A stretch of DNA of 64,000 bases from the human T2T-CHM13v2.0 reference genome, Homo sapiens. Of the stretch, positions 39,776-52,964 are shown piece after piece (the first letter of the stretch is position 1; each line of letters starts with the position of its first letter). The position numbers and the translations under genes are program-made. The notes under the pieces are model-generated. The model was given only the letters and a program-made list of their open reading frames with translations, had not been told where the DNA came from and made no database searches. The DNA is taken from the NCBI RefSeq assembly GCF_009914755.1, contig NC_060925.1; one strand, given 5' to 3'.

Positions 39776-40945
39776 ATGGGGATTGGGGAGAGGAAAAGAA
39801 AAATGTAAGCAGAGTGAGTTTTACTTACATTTTGATTTAAATCATTAGGTGCAAAAAATGCACTTTACAATGTGTTTTTTTATCAAAGACCTACTCCTGT
39901 CAGTGCATGTTGTGTATAATAGATGCCTTTTTTTTTGCTCGGAAGGTATACAGTGCTATGCATTTTAAAGTAGTAATTTATTTTATCACATTATTGTTGC
40001 AATTGAAAAAGAAAATGCAGTATTTTTTTATAACTTATTAAAGTCAATTGAAGCAGAGGCTATTAAATTTTTTAGCAGAAAAGATGAGTTATTCCTTAAT
40101 TCAGAGTTTTCTCCTGGTGTATTAGAAGAGAACTACATCCCAAAATAAGGCATGAACAAATATTTATTTAACCAAAAATAACAAGCATACATTTATATAT
40201 TAGGCATACATTTGTTTTTGTCAGCAAATGACATCTTTAATTATTTCTTAGCAAAGTAAGTGTACATATTTACTATTTTAGTTACACCTGGGAATTGTGC
40301 TTTTTGAAAAACAAAACAAAATAGACATTGCTTAGTGAAGTCGATGAAAAAATTTGAAATGTTAAGCTGAATATTGTAGTTAGTCTTGTTCTCCTTTTCC
40401 TGTTATTTCTGTCCTAGAAAAATAGGAGCTTCTTTGTTTTTCTAGTTACTAAATGTTTTCTCAATTTAAAACTAATTAGTACAATGGAAGTAAACATTCT
40501 TTGTACACCTGTGAAAGAGCTACTGTTGCTAAAAATTAGGTTATTGCTTTAAAGATCTGAGATAAATTCAGGTGTTTAAACACCTCTCCCTAGACTATTG
40601 TATGAGTTTCTTTCAAATCTAATCAACAAATACTGATCTTGAGTGGTTCATCCTCAGTCCTAGAGTGCGTTCTTGTTGGCTTTGAAGACATATGCTGCAC
40701 GTTCCTCACCCAGTCAGCTCTGCTTAGAAGGGAACCTGTCATGCAAGGTATTAGCAACACATAAGTTGGAGGTACTGTAAGGCATCTTAAGACCTATTAG
40801 AATATTGTCATAAAAGGTACACAAATGAATTATACATGATAATTATCATATTATACATGATAATCTAAATTTTGAGCCAACTTAGAAACTCATTTTGCAT
40901 AAGTCTAATTTATTTTTAAAGAACAAGAAAATTCGGGGTGGCTGG

Positions 40946-40955
40946 CAAGATGGCC
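40946..40955 (+). promoter_or_regulatory. YY1 motif of the L1 5'UTR promoter
   Basis: CAAGATGGCC at the canonical position. Confidence 0.75.
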
Positions 40956-42290
40956 GAATAGGAACAGCTCCAGTCTGCAGCCCCCAGTGAGATCAGCAGA
41001 GAAGGTGGGGGTGATTCCTGCATTTCCAACTGAGGTATGGGGCTCATGTCACTGGGACGAGTTAGACAGTGGGTGCAGCCCACAGAGGGTGAGGTGAAGC
41101 AGGGTGGGGGCATCGCCTCACCCAGGAAGCTCAAGGGGTTGGGGAACTACCTCCCCTAGCCAAGGAAAGCCGTGAGGGACTGTGCCATGAGGAATGGTGC
41201 ACTCCAGCCCAGATATTACGCTTTTCCCATGGTCTTCACAACTCACAGACCAGGAGATTCCCTTGGATGCTTACACCACTGGGGCCCTGGGTTTCCAGCA
41301 AAAACTGGGTGGCTATTTGGGCAGACACTGAGCTAGCTGCAGGAGTTTTTTTTTCATACCCCAGTGGTGCCTGGAACGCCAGCAAGACAGAACCAATCAC
41401 TCCCCTGGAAACAGGGCTGAAGCCAGGGAGCCAAGTAGTCTAGCTCAGGGGATCCCACCTCCATGGAGCCCAGCAAGCTAAGATCTACTGGCTTGAAATT
41501 CTCACTGCCAGCAGAGCAGTATGAAGTCAACCTGGGATGCTCGAGCTTGGTTGGGGGAGGAGCATCAGCCATTACTGAGGTTTGAGTAGGAGGTTTTCCC
41601 CACACAGTGTAAACAAAGCCACGTGGAAGTTCAAACTGGGCGGAACCCAACGTAGCCCAGCGTAGCCCAGCAAAGCTGCTGTAGCCAGACTGCCTCTCTA
41701 GATTCCCCCTCTCTGGGCAGGGCATCCCTCAAAGAAAGGCAGCAGTCCCAGTCAGAAGCTTATAGATAAAACTCCCATCTCCCTGGTACAGAGCAACTTG
41801 GGGAAGGGGCAGCTGTAGGCACAGCTTCAGCAGACTTCAATGTTCCTGCCTCCCATCTCTGAAGAGAGCAATGAATCTCCCAGCACAGTGCTTGAGCTCT
41901 GCTAAGGGACAGACTGCCTCCTCAAGTGGGTCCCTGAGCCCAGTGCCTCCTGACTGGGAGACACCTCCCAGCAGGGGTCGAGAGACTCCTCACACAGGAG
42001 AGCTGTGGCTGGCATCTGGCAGGTGCCCCTCTGGGTCGAAGCTTCCAGAGGAAGGAACAGGCACCAATCTTTGCTGTTCTGCAGCCTCTGCTGGTGATAC
42101 CCAGGAAAACAGGGTCTGGAGTGGACCTCCAGCAAACTCCAGCAGACCTGCAGCAGAGGGGCCTCACTGTTAGAAGGAAAATTAACAAACAGAAAGGAAT
42201 AGCATCAACGTCAACAAAAAGGATGTCCACACAGAAATCCCATCTGAAGTTCACCAACATCGAAGACCAAAGATAGATAAATCCACGAAG

Positions 42291-43295
42291 ATGAGGAAAA
42301 ACCAGTGCAAAAAGCTGAAAATTCCAAAAACCAGAATGCCTCTTCTCCTCCAAAGGATAACAACTCCTCAACAGCAAGGGAACAAAACTGGACAGAGAAT
42401 GAGTTTGACAAATTGACAGAAGTAGGCTTCAGAAGGTACGTAATAACAAACTCCTCCAAGCTAAAGGAGCATGTTCTAACCCAATGCAAGGAAGCTAAGA
42501 ACTTCAAAAAAGTTTAGATGAATTGCTAACTAGAATAACCGGTTTAGAGAAGAACATAAATGACCTGATGGAGCTGAAAAACATAGCATGAGAATTTCGT
42601 GAAGCATACAGAAGTATCAGTAGCCAAATTGATCAAGCAGAAGAAAGGATATCAGAGATTGAGATCAACTTAATGAAATAAAGCATGAAGACAAGATTAG
42701 AAAAAAAAAATGAAAAGAAGTGAACAAAGTCTCCAAGAAATATGGGACTATGAGAAAAGACCAAACCTACATATGATTGGTGTTCCTGAATGTGACGGGG
42801 GGAATGGAACCACGTTGAAAAACAATCTTCAAGATATTATCCAGGAGAACTTCCCTAACCTAGCAAGACAGGCCAACATTCAAATTCAGGAAATACAGAG
42901 AACACCACAAAGATACCCCTTCAGAAGAGCAACCCCAAGACACATACTTAACAAATTCACTGAGGTTGAAATGAAGGAAAAAATGTTAAGGGCAGCCAGA
43001 GAGAAAGATTGGGTTACCCACAAAGGGAAGCCCATCAGACTAACAGTGGATCTTTCAGCAGAAACCCTACAAGCCAATATTCGACATTCTTGAAGAAAAA
43101 AATTTTCAACCCAGAATTTCATATCCAGCCAAACTAAGCTTCATAAGCAGAGAAGAAATAAAATCCTTTACAGACAAGCAAACACTGAGAGATTTTGTCA
43201 TCACCAGGACTGCCTTCCAAGAGCTCCTGAAGGAAGCACTAAATATGGAAAGGAAAAACTTGTACCAGCCACTGCAAAAGCATACCAAATTGTAA
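42291..43295 (+). pseudogene. L1 ORF1p, disrupted
   Basis: ATG at 42291 and TAA at 43293-43295. Fragments EQSLQEIWDY...ENFPNLARQANIQIQEIQRTP. Frameshifts, stops and a deletion at about 43076. Confidence 0.9.
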
Positions 43296-43358
43296 AGACC
43301 ATTGACACTATGAAGACACTGCATCAACTAATGGGCAAAATAATCAGCTAGCATCATA

Positions 43359-46300
43359 ATTACAGGGTCAAATTCACACATAACAATATTAACCTTAAAT
43401 GTAGATGGGCTAAATGCCCCAATTAAAAGACACAGACTGGCAAATTGGATAAACGGTGAAGACTCATCAGTGTGATGTATTCAAGAGACCCATCTCATGG
43501 GCAAAGGCACACATAGGCTCAAAATAAAGGGATAGAGGAATATTTACTAAGCAAATGCAAAGCAAAAAAAAAAAAAAAAAAAAGAAGCAGGGGTTTCAAT
43601 CCTAGTCTCTGATAAAACAGACTTTAAACCAATAAAGATTAAAAAAAGACAAAGAAGGGCATTACATAATGGTAAAGGGATCAATGGAACAAGAAGAACT
43701 AACTATCCTAAATATATATGCACCCAATACAGGAGCACCCAGATTCATAAAGAAAGCTCATAGAGACCTACAAAGAGACTTAGACTCACACACAATAATA
43801 GTAGGCGACTTCAACACCCCACTGTCGATTTTAGACAGATCAATGAGACAGAAAATTAACAAGGATATTCAGGACTTGAACTCAGCTCTGGACCAAGTGG
43901 ACCTAACAGACATCTACAGAATTCTCCACCCCAAATCAACAGAATATACATTCTTCTCAGCAACACACCACACTTATTCTAAAATTGACCACATAATTGG
44001 AAGTAAAACACTCCTTAGCAAATGCAAAAGAACAGAAATCATAACAAACAGTCTCTCAGACCAGAGTGCAATCAAATTAGAACTCAAGATTAAGAAACTC
44101 ACTCAAAACCATATAACTACATGGAAACTGAACAACCTGCTCCTGAATAACTACTGGGTAAAAAACGAAATTAAGGCAGAAATAAATAAGTTCTTTGAAA
44201 CCAGTGAGAACAAAGACACAACATACCAGAATCTCTGGGACACAGCTGAAGCAGTGTTTACAGGGAAATTTATAGCATTAAATGCCCACAAGAGGAAGTG
44301 GGAAAGATCTAAAATCGACACCCTAACATCACAATTAAAATAACTAGAAAAGCAAGAGCAAACAAATTCAAAAGCCAGCAGAAGACAACGAATAACTAAG
44401 ATCAGAACAGAACTGAAGGAGATAGAGACACGAAAAATCCTTCAAAAACTCAATGAATTCAGGCGCTGGTTTTTTGAAAAGATTGACAAAATAGATAGCT
44501 CGCTAGCCAGACTAATAAAGAAGAAAAGAGAGAAGAATCAAATAGACACAATAAAAGATGATAAAGGGGGTATCACCACTGTTCCCACAGAAGTACAAAC
44601 TATCATCAAAGAATAGTGTAAACACCTTTATGCAAATAAACTGGAAAATCTAGAAGAAATAGATAAATTCCCGGAAACATATACCCTCCCAAGATTAAAC
44701 CAGGAAGAAGTCGAATCCCTGAATAGATCAATAACAAATTCTGAAATTGAGACAGCCAAATTCTATGAGAGGTACAGAGGAGCTGGTACTGTTCCTTCTG
44801 AAACTATTCCAAACAATAGAAAAAGAGGGAATCCTCTCTAACCCATTTTATGAGGCCAGCATTATCCTGATACCAAAACCTGACAGAGACACAACAAAAA
44901 AAAGAAAATTTCAGGCCAATATCCCTGATGAACATTGATATGCAAATTCTCAATAAAATACTGGCAAATAGAATCCAGCAGCACATCAAAAAGCTTATCC
45001 ACCACAATCAAGTTGGCTTCATTCCTGGGATGCAAGGCTGGTTCCACATATGCAAATCAATAAACGTATACCATCACATAAACACAACCTATGACAAAAA
45101 ACACATTATTATCTCAATACATACAGAAAAGACCTTCGATAAAATTCAACACCACTTCATGCTAAAAACTCTCAATAAACTAGGTATTGATGGAACATAT
45201 CTCAAAATAATAAGAGCTATTTATGAGAAACCCACAGCCAATATCATATTGAATGGGCAGAAGGTGGAAGCATTGCCTTTGAAAACCAGCACAAGACAAG
45301 GATGCCCTCTCTCACCACTCCTATTTAACATAGTATTGGAAGTTCTGGCCAGGGCAATCAGGCAAGATAAAGAAATAAAGGGTATTCAAATAGGAAGAGA
45401 GGAAGTCAAATTGTCTCTGTTTGCAGATGACATGATTGTATATTTAGAAAACCCCATCATCTCAGCTCAAAATCTCCTTAAACTGTTAAGCAACTTCAGC
45501 AAGGTCTCAGGATACAAAATCAATGTGCAAAAATCACAAGCATTCCTATACACCAATAATAGACAGAGAGCCAAATCATGAGTGAACTCGCATTCACAAT
45601 TACTATAAAGAGAATAAAATCCCTAGGAATACAACTTACAAGGGATGAGAAGGACCTCTTCAAGGAGAACTACAAACCACTGCTCAAGGAAATAAGAGAT
45701 AGCACAAACAAATGGAAAAACATTCCATGCTCATGGATAGAAAGAATCAATATAATGAAAACGGCCATACTGCCCAAAGTAATTTATACATTCAATGCTA
45801 TCCCCATCAAGCTACCATTGACTTTCTTCACAGAATTAGAAAAAACTACTTTAAATTTCATATGGAACCAGAAAAGAGCCCTTATAACCAAGACAATCCT
45901 AAGCAAATGAACAAAGCTGGCATCACGCTACCTGACTTCAAACTGTGCTTCAAGGCTACAGTAACCAAAACAGCATGGTACTGGTACCAAAACAGATATA
46001 TAGACCAGTGGAACAGAAGAGTGGCCTCAGAAATAATACCACACATCTACAACCATCTGATCTTTGACAAACTGACAAAAACAAGCAACAGGGAAAGAAT
46101 TCCCTATTTAATAAATGGTGGTGGGAAAACTGGCTAGCCATATGCAGAAAACTGAAATTGGATCCCTTCCTTACACCTTATAGAAAAATTAACTCAAGAT
46201 GGATTAAAGACTTAAATGTAAAACCTGAAACCATAAAAACCCTAGAAGAAAACCTAGGCAATACCATTCAGGACATAGGCATGGGCAAAGACTTCATGAC

Positions 46301-47200
46301 TAAAACACCAAAAGCAATGGCAACACAAGCTCAAGTTGAGAAATGGGATCTCAGTAAAGTAAAGAGCTTCTGCACAGCAAAAGAAACTAGCATCAGAGTG
46401 AACAGGCAACCTACAGAATTGGAGAAAATTTTTGCAATCTACCCATCAGACAAAGAGCTAATACACAGAATCTATGAAGAACTTAAACAAATTTACAAGA
46501 AAAAAATTAACAACCCCATCAAAAAGTAGGGAAAGGGCATGAACAGACACCTCTCAAAAGAAGACCAACACATGTTTGTTATGTTGGTCTATAACAAACC
46601 AACAAACCAACAAACCAACATATGTTTGTTATGAGGCCAACAAACATATGAAAAAAATCTCATCATCACTGGTCATTAGAGAAATGCAAATCAAAACCAC
46701 AGTAAGATACCATCTCACGCCAGTTAGAATGGCAACATTAAAAAGTCAGGAAACAACAGATCCTGGTGAGGATGTGGAGAAATAGGAACACTTTTACACT
46801 GTGGTGGGATTGTAAATTAGTTCAACCATTGTGGAAGACAGTGTGGTGATTCCTCAAGGATCTAGAATCAGAAATACCATTTGACCCGGCAATCCCATTA
46901 CTGGGTGTATACCCAAAGGATTATAAATCATTCCACTATAAAGACACATGCACAAGCATGTTTATTGCAGCACTGTTCACAACAGCAAAGACTTGGAACC
47001 AACTCAAATGCCCATCAATGAAGGACTGGGGAAAGAAAATGGGGCAAATATACACCATGGAATACTATGCAGCCATAAAAAAGGATGAGTTCATGTCCTT
47101 TGCAGGGACATGGATGAAGGTGGAAACCATCACTCTCAGCAATCTAACACAGGAACAGAAAACCAAACACTGCATGTTCTCCCTCATAAGTGGGAGTTGA
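43359..47200 (+). pseudogene. L1 ORF2p (EN/RT), disrupted
   Basis: Start ATG mutated to ATT. EN fragment 43669-44343 (NIYAPN, GDFN, YSKIDH, SDQ). RT fragment 44928-45581 ([16 protein letters not shown]). Multiple stops and indels. Confidence 0.92.
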
Positions 47201-48071
47201 ACAATGAGAACACGTGGACACAGGGAGGGAAACATCACACACCGGGGCCTGTGATGGGGTGGGGGAGTAGACGAGGGATAGCATTAGCAGAAATAACTAA
47301 TGTAGATGACGGGTTGATGGGTGCAGCAAACCACCATGGCACCTGTATAACTATGTAACAAACCTGCACGTCCTGCATATTTATCCCATAACTTAAAGTA
47401 TATATAAAAAAGAACAAGAAAATGCAACAAAATCTCAGATTATTAAATTATTTTCCTTGAAATTAACATTTTAATTCACCGTGAGCTTTAGCAATGAGAA
47501 AGAATAAAATATGTGATAAGCATAATGGCAAGTTTTGGTTTGCTGATTTCCAGTGAAAATAATGAAAATGAACAATTATAGTCAAAAGCTTAATTAGATC
47601 TTAGCTACAAGTCATCTTTTCATACACTCTACGTGTTAGATGGAGGTAGTGCTGCACCTAAGTGAGTGCTCCATCTAAGCTCTATCTGAGCATGTAACTC
47701 AGCAAGGTGAAGGGACTACTGCTTTCCAGCTAGTTAGCAGAAGGGCTGGCTAGGATGAAAGCTCAAAAAATAATGGCCGATAGTTCACTAGCCATTATAT
47801 TTCTTACCACTTAACACTATTTCTCCAGTAGAGACCGCAAACTGTTTAATCCTTTTCTTACTGGATTTGAAAGAAAATGAGGAATACTCTGCTTCAATTT
47901 GCTATCCGGAGAAGGAATTTTTTTAGTTGGTCAAAATGGTTCATACAAGCTCTTCAGTGTCAATTTCTTTCTCCAAGGGCCTAGGATAGAGCCTAAGTTG
48001 GAGCTGAATGTTCTGGAATTTCCTCCCACCTCCATGTTGGAGAGGTGAAACTGCTTTTCAAAAAAATTCAT

Positions 48072-48419
48072 TAGTTTATTTTCAGCTTTACTGAGGTTTT
48101 AATGACAAAAAAATGAATATATTCAAAGTATATAATATGATGTTTCAATGTACGTATACCTTGTAAAATGATTACCACCATCAAGCTACTTAACCTATCT
48201 ATCACCTCACAGTTACTTTTTGTGTGTGTGGTGAACATACTTAGATCAACTCTTAGCAAGTTTCAAATGTACGATATGTTAATGCTAACTATAGTTGCTA
48301 TGCTATAGATTAGGTTTCCAGAACTTATCCACCTTGTGACTGCAAGCCTGTACACGTTGACCAACATTTGCTATTTTTCCCACCCCGATCCCTGGTGACC
48401 ACCCTTCTACACTCTGTTT
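48072..48419 (-). mobile_element. L1MA8/9-like 3' end
   Basis: cagctttactgagg...atgattaccaccatcaagcta...tatcacctcacagttac...ccagaacttatc. Confidence 0.8.
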
Positions 48420-50215
48420 GAAAGCGCTCTTTGAAGAACAAGCATTAACTTCTTGCTAATGCTGCAAAGAATACACTGCCCACAGAGCTGAAGAACTATT
48501 GCAGAGGGCTTTAGCAATTGAATTAGGTGTATAAAAGGCAATCACAGTCAGTCATTTCTGGTATCCACCCATACTAGGGGAGCTATTTTGAATTCACAGG
48601 AACATTAATACAAATTTCCCCTTGAAGTAAATAATTAAAGGTGGATTATGATTTGAAACCTCCTAAACCATAGAGGTGGCGCACATTTGCAAATTAATAT
48701 ATAGAACTGACTTAGGTAAATCACACAAAATAAATGAGAACCAGATTTTGAATGAGGTTAGGCTGTGTAGTAACAAAACTAACGTTAAGGATAAAATCTT
48801 GTAAGAGAGAAAGAAAGATTTCTATACGCAGTGTTTTAAAGAATTGATAAAAATGTGCAGAATCCTTCAAGGCAACTAAATGAACTTGAGTAAGTGAAAG
48901 AAGCATTAATTATAGTTCTGCTGTGTTAAATGTTATATTAAAAATTAGGGTGTTTATTATCATGGCAATTTGTTATTAACCTTATTTAACAGGCAGAACT
49001 TTTTCTCCCTAATTTCTCTTCTCACAAATACCATCCAGTCGATGAACCCATTTTTACTGAATACTTATATGTCACCATGCCGAGAGATTTCTTATTTAAG
49101 TATTTGGTGTTAAAGTCTGTAAAACTATCATTAAAAGTTCACCAATCATCTGGTCTGCTTGTGAAGTACATATTGTATGTTTAATCTTACCATTATTACA
49201 TGGATGTTTTCTCTCATCTCTCACAAATAAGTTGTCAAATCCACACAAAAGGAAAAACGTTCTAAATTGTACCTTCTTAGAAACATTGTTCTCTCCCTTC
49301 ATTAACAAAAATAATTGATTTATATGATGGAATCAAAATACAATAAGATGTCATTTAGATTTTTATTTTAATTACCTGTATTTTCATTACAATTCAGATT
49401 ATTTTTTAGCATTCCCCTTTGATGCCTTTGTTTTCTTATACAAAATGAGAAAAACTTTTTTCCATCATTGATTCTATCGCTTTAAGCCTGGAAACTTTTG
49501 AATTAATTTTTATATACTATACTCAGTTTAGTAAAATATTTAGTGCTTTTATAATGTTGTAAACCATTAGGCTGTAATTACACTAACATAGTACGGAGAC
49601 TAATAGTTCTGTTGGAATACAACAGTGATGCATGATGGCCTTATTAATATAATAGTCCTGAAACACTAAGAATATTAAAAAAATTAATCATTTTTACAGT
49701 CTGTATTTAGTTACAGATTGTAAAAAACTACTTATAATTTTACTACTGTTCTTACAGCCTCTGGGAGAAACCTAAAACAATTTCAGTAAAGCTTCAGAAA
49801 GTTTCAAACATCATTTCAGTCTGATGATCTAGCTATAGTTTAGTGAATTTTAAAGCAGCAGTAATTTACAGGGAGGAGTCAGACTGACTTTAGCAATTAC
49901 TAAAGGTGGATCTATTGGTTCAAATACATTACTTCGTGGCTACTAGATGGCTTTAAAATAAGCAGATGGATAATAGTGGGAGCTGAATTCCACACCCTAA
50001 CTTGTTCCCTGTCCCCACTAGATAGTAAACTTGATGAGGTTATGGTACTTTGTGTAGTCATTTTAACCTGCAGCACCTGACACATGGAAGAAACTTAACA
50101 AAACACGTTTTGTATGAGTGTAATGGAGTGTATTCAACACGTGTTGAATGAATGCCCAGAATCCAGTACATAATCAGGCCAGGCTTTTACTGAGTATGAG
50201 CATTGTGTGTTGAAT

Positions 50216-50310
50216 GCCTCTCCCTCCCTCCCTCACTCCCTGTCCTTCCTTCCTTCCTTCCTTCCTTCTTTCTTTCTTTTTCTCTTTCTTTCTTTCCTAC
50301 CTACCTCTTC
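50216..50310. repeat. Compound pyrimidine microsatellite (CCCT)(CCTT)(CTTT)(CCTA)
   Basis: Read directly from the sequence. Confidence 0.9.
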
Positions 50311-51384
50311 TGCTCTGCAGACCCTGCTACTACTTTACTTCCCTCCTCCTCTTAACATCTCTCTAGCCTGAGGGTGAAAATTAGAAAACTATGAGATTTA
50401 TATTGTGGATAATGAAGGAACTCTGTGCATCCACTTTACTTTATAAAAACTCTTTACTGGAGTGCCTAGCAGTCTTGAAGCTGTTAGTAAAGTGAAACTT
50501 TGATTCTTAGTTTTAACTTTGCATAATTTTTGCTGGTGGCTAGACTCCACTCACTATATATCCTGACATCTTGCTAAACCATCTGCCTATTGCATATTTT
50601 TGGACTCCCTAACACCACCACCTCGATGCAGATGACCCACTTGTGTCTCTAATGGTCTCCTTTCGCCTTTTTATCCAAGACCCTTAATCTGCCTTGCTTG
50701 TTCTAACTGATTTCACCAAGTTTGGTTTTGATAATTTTAGTCCACAATATTAGGAAACATCTATTTTTCTAAGGAAGAGAAGTAATGTTTATTTCTCACT
50801 TTCTACATTTTAGTGTATAACAACTAGGGATTTTTTCTTGTTTTTTTTTCTGATTTTAGCTCCTAGCATTCAATAATGTTGACTGATTGCCTCTCTAATA
50901 CTTGATCAGGGTTCTAACTGAGAAACTAGACCCTAAGAATCTGGAGTTTAAGTAGGCTGGGATCCACCAGTGGTTGTGTTGAGCATCTACCTTTCTGAAT
51001 TAACTTTTATAGAATCATTCTGTAAAATCTATCTAACTATTAGCAGCAACTCACAAGTGAAAGAATTAAATGGCATAATATATGTCCCATGATTCCTTCA
51101 GGGACACCTGATATGAGGGTTTTATTGGCAAGGACAGGTAGGCTGCATGATTTCCTGGAAAACAACCTTTGGTACAAGAGTGTATATTTAATTATTTAAA
51201 CACAGAGTATTGAGCCCCTACCATGTGTAAGGTGCTAAAATGCTGGAAATAAAAAGATAAATAGTAATGAATCTGACAGTGATCTCATCATCGAGGAGCC
51301 TCAGTTTAGGTGAAGATGGGGTACATTCATTAGTATATAAGACATGTGAGAAGTAAAGCCTATTGGTTGATAGCAGTCGCCTTG

Positions 51385-51655
51385 AAGTAGAATATAGGAA
51401 TCCAAAATTGAAAGGTATTTCAAATTTAGCTCATCCACTCTCACCTAACCTATTTACCATGTGACTAGCCAGTCTTGACTTAAAAATCACAGGAAATAGG
51501 AAATACACTACACCCCCCAAAGGCAGCCTGTTCCAATTTTATGTCTCAGAGCTCAAATCTTTCTTCCTGAAATTTCCACTGTGGATCCTATTTTAAAGGC
51601 TCCATCCAAGACTAAATCTAACTTATCCTTCTAACAATTCTCAAAGTGTTTGACT
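51385..51655 (-). mobile_element. L3/CR1 3' fragment
   Basis: cactacaccccccaaaggcagcctgttcca...aaatctttcttcctgaaatttccac. Confidence 0.5.
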
Positions 51656-51810
51656 GTAGTTAAGATAATATAGCTAATATTAATTGAGAAATTTGAAATG
51701 ACATTATTAAAGCTTTTATATGTGTTTATTTAACCTTCACAACAACATATGAAGTAAACATTATTACTACTCCCATTCTACAGATGAAGACATGGAAGCA
51801 TAAGAAATTG

Positions 51811-52144
<334 letters not shown>

Positions 52145-52506
52145 TCAGTGAGGAGTGAAATTGAGATTTGAAGCCAGAACCCGCACTGCCTCCCTATCTT
52201 CTGAGTTCTTTTCAAAGAGAAATCTCCCTAGTTTTCTTATGTCATTTTTTTTAACTCATCATTATTCTGTTGCTACTGGAAGCGTTTTTTTTTTTTTTTA
52301 ATGTAATTTGCAGTGTGTGCCCAATGGAGAAAAGAATATTCCAGTTGTTCCCTGACCTACTTGGAGTTGAGTGGAACTCTCACTTTTATGCACCTGGATG
52401 TGCTATATTCAATAACTGTAGTTCCTATTACTTTTCAGCCTCATCTCCCAGTATCTCCCATTCTCTCCATCCCTTTGCATAAGCTGTCTGGAATGAACTG
52501 CAGTTC

Positions 52507-52964
52507 TGAAAACAATTCTCTCCTTAACCTAACTTTGGTCAGGCTCTTCTGAGCCCTCTTCTCAACTGCCTCCCAATCTTTAGATTTCTTCATGTTTCTT
52601 TGTATCATCCAGTCTTAGCAAAAATCCTGCTGAGTTCGTTTAGCAAGAATCCCCATCCTCAATATCTGATCACCCTTAATATCTGATCAAATTCCAAATT
52701 CTTCAGCCTTGGTGTTTGATTATATTGGCCTGCCTTCAGCGAGAATCCTGTCAGGTCGTTTAGCCAGAATCCTCCCTTCACTGCTTAGTAATTTTCTGTC
52801 CACTGATCCTGCTTCTTGGCTATAAATCCCCACTTGTTCATGCTGTATTTCGAATTGAGCTAGGTTCCATATTGGAGTCTCTTTTTCTCTACTACAATAG
52901 TTTTCTAAATGTATAATTTAACTTCACCACTTTAATTTCTGTCTGGCTCTGATTTTCTTTAACA
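52507..52964 (+). mobile_element. MER31-like ERV1 solo LTR
   Basis: tga...ctctccttaacctaactttggtcaggctcttctgagccc, repeated gtttagc.agaatcc, ggctataaat, ending ttctttaaca. TSD gttc/gctc. Confidence 0.8.

Larger units (their letters stand above)
40933..47408 (+). mobile_element. Full-length L1PA7-like LINE-1 (~6.5 kb), retrotransposition-dead
   Basis: 5'UTR starts ggctggcaagatggccgaataggaacagctcc. 3'UTR contains gtagatgacgggttgatgggtgcagcaaaccaccatggcac. Perfect 15-bp TSD aaagaacaagaaaat (40918-40932 / 47409-47423) at a tttt|aaag site. Confidence 0.95.

Noticed and set aside
43669-46529. Long EN/RT ORFs (224 and 217 aa) as an active or novel reverse-transcriptase system
   Set aside because: They are ordinary L1 ORF2 fragments. 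The start codon is lost and the frame is broken by stops, deletions and an insertion.
48668-49951. CTCF-like motifs (agaggtggcgc at about 48672; ctactagatggc at 49940)
   Set aside because: Each misses conserved positions of the core consensus. Too weak to call without PWM scoring or ChIP data.
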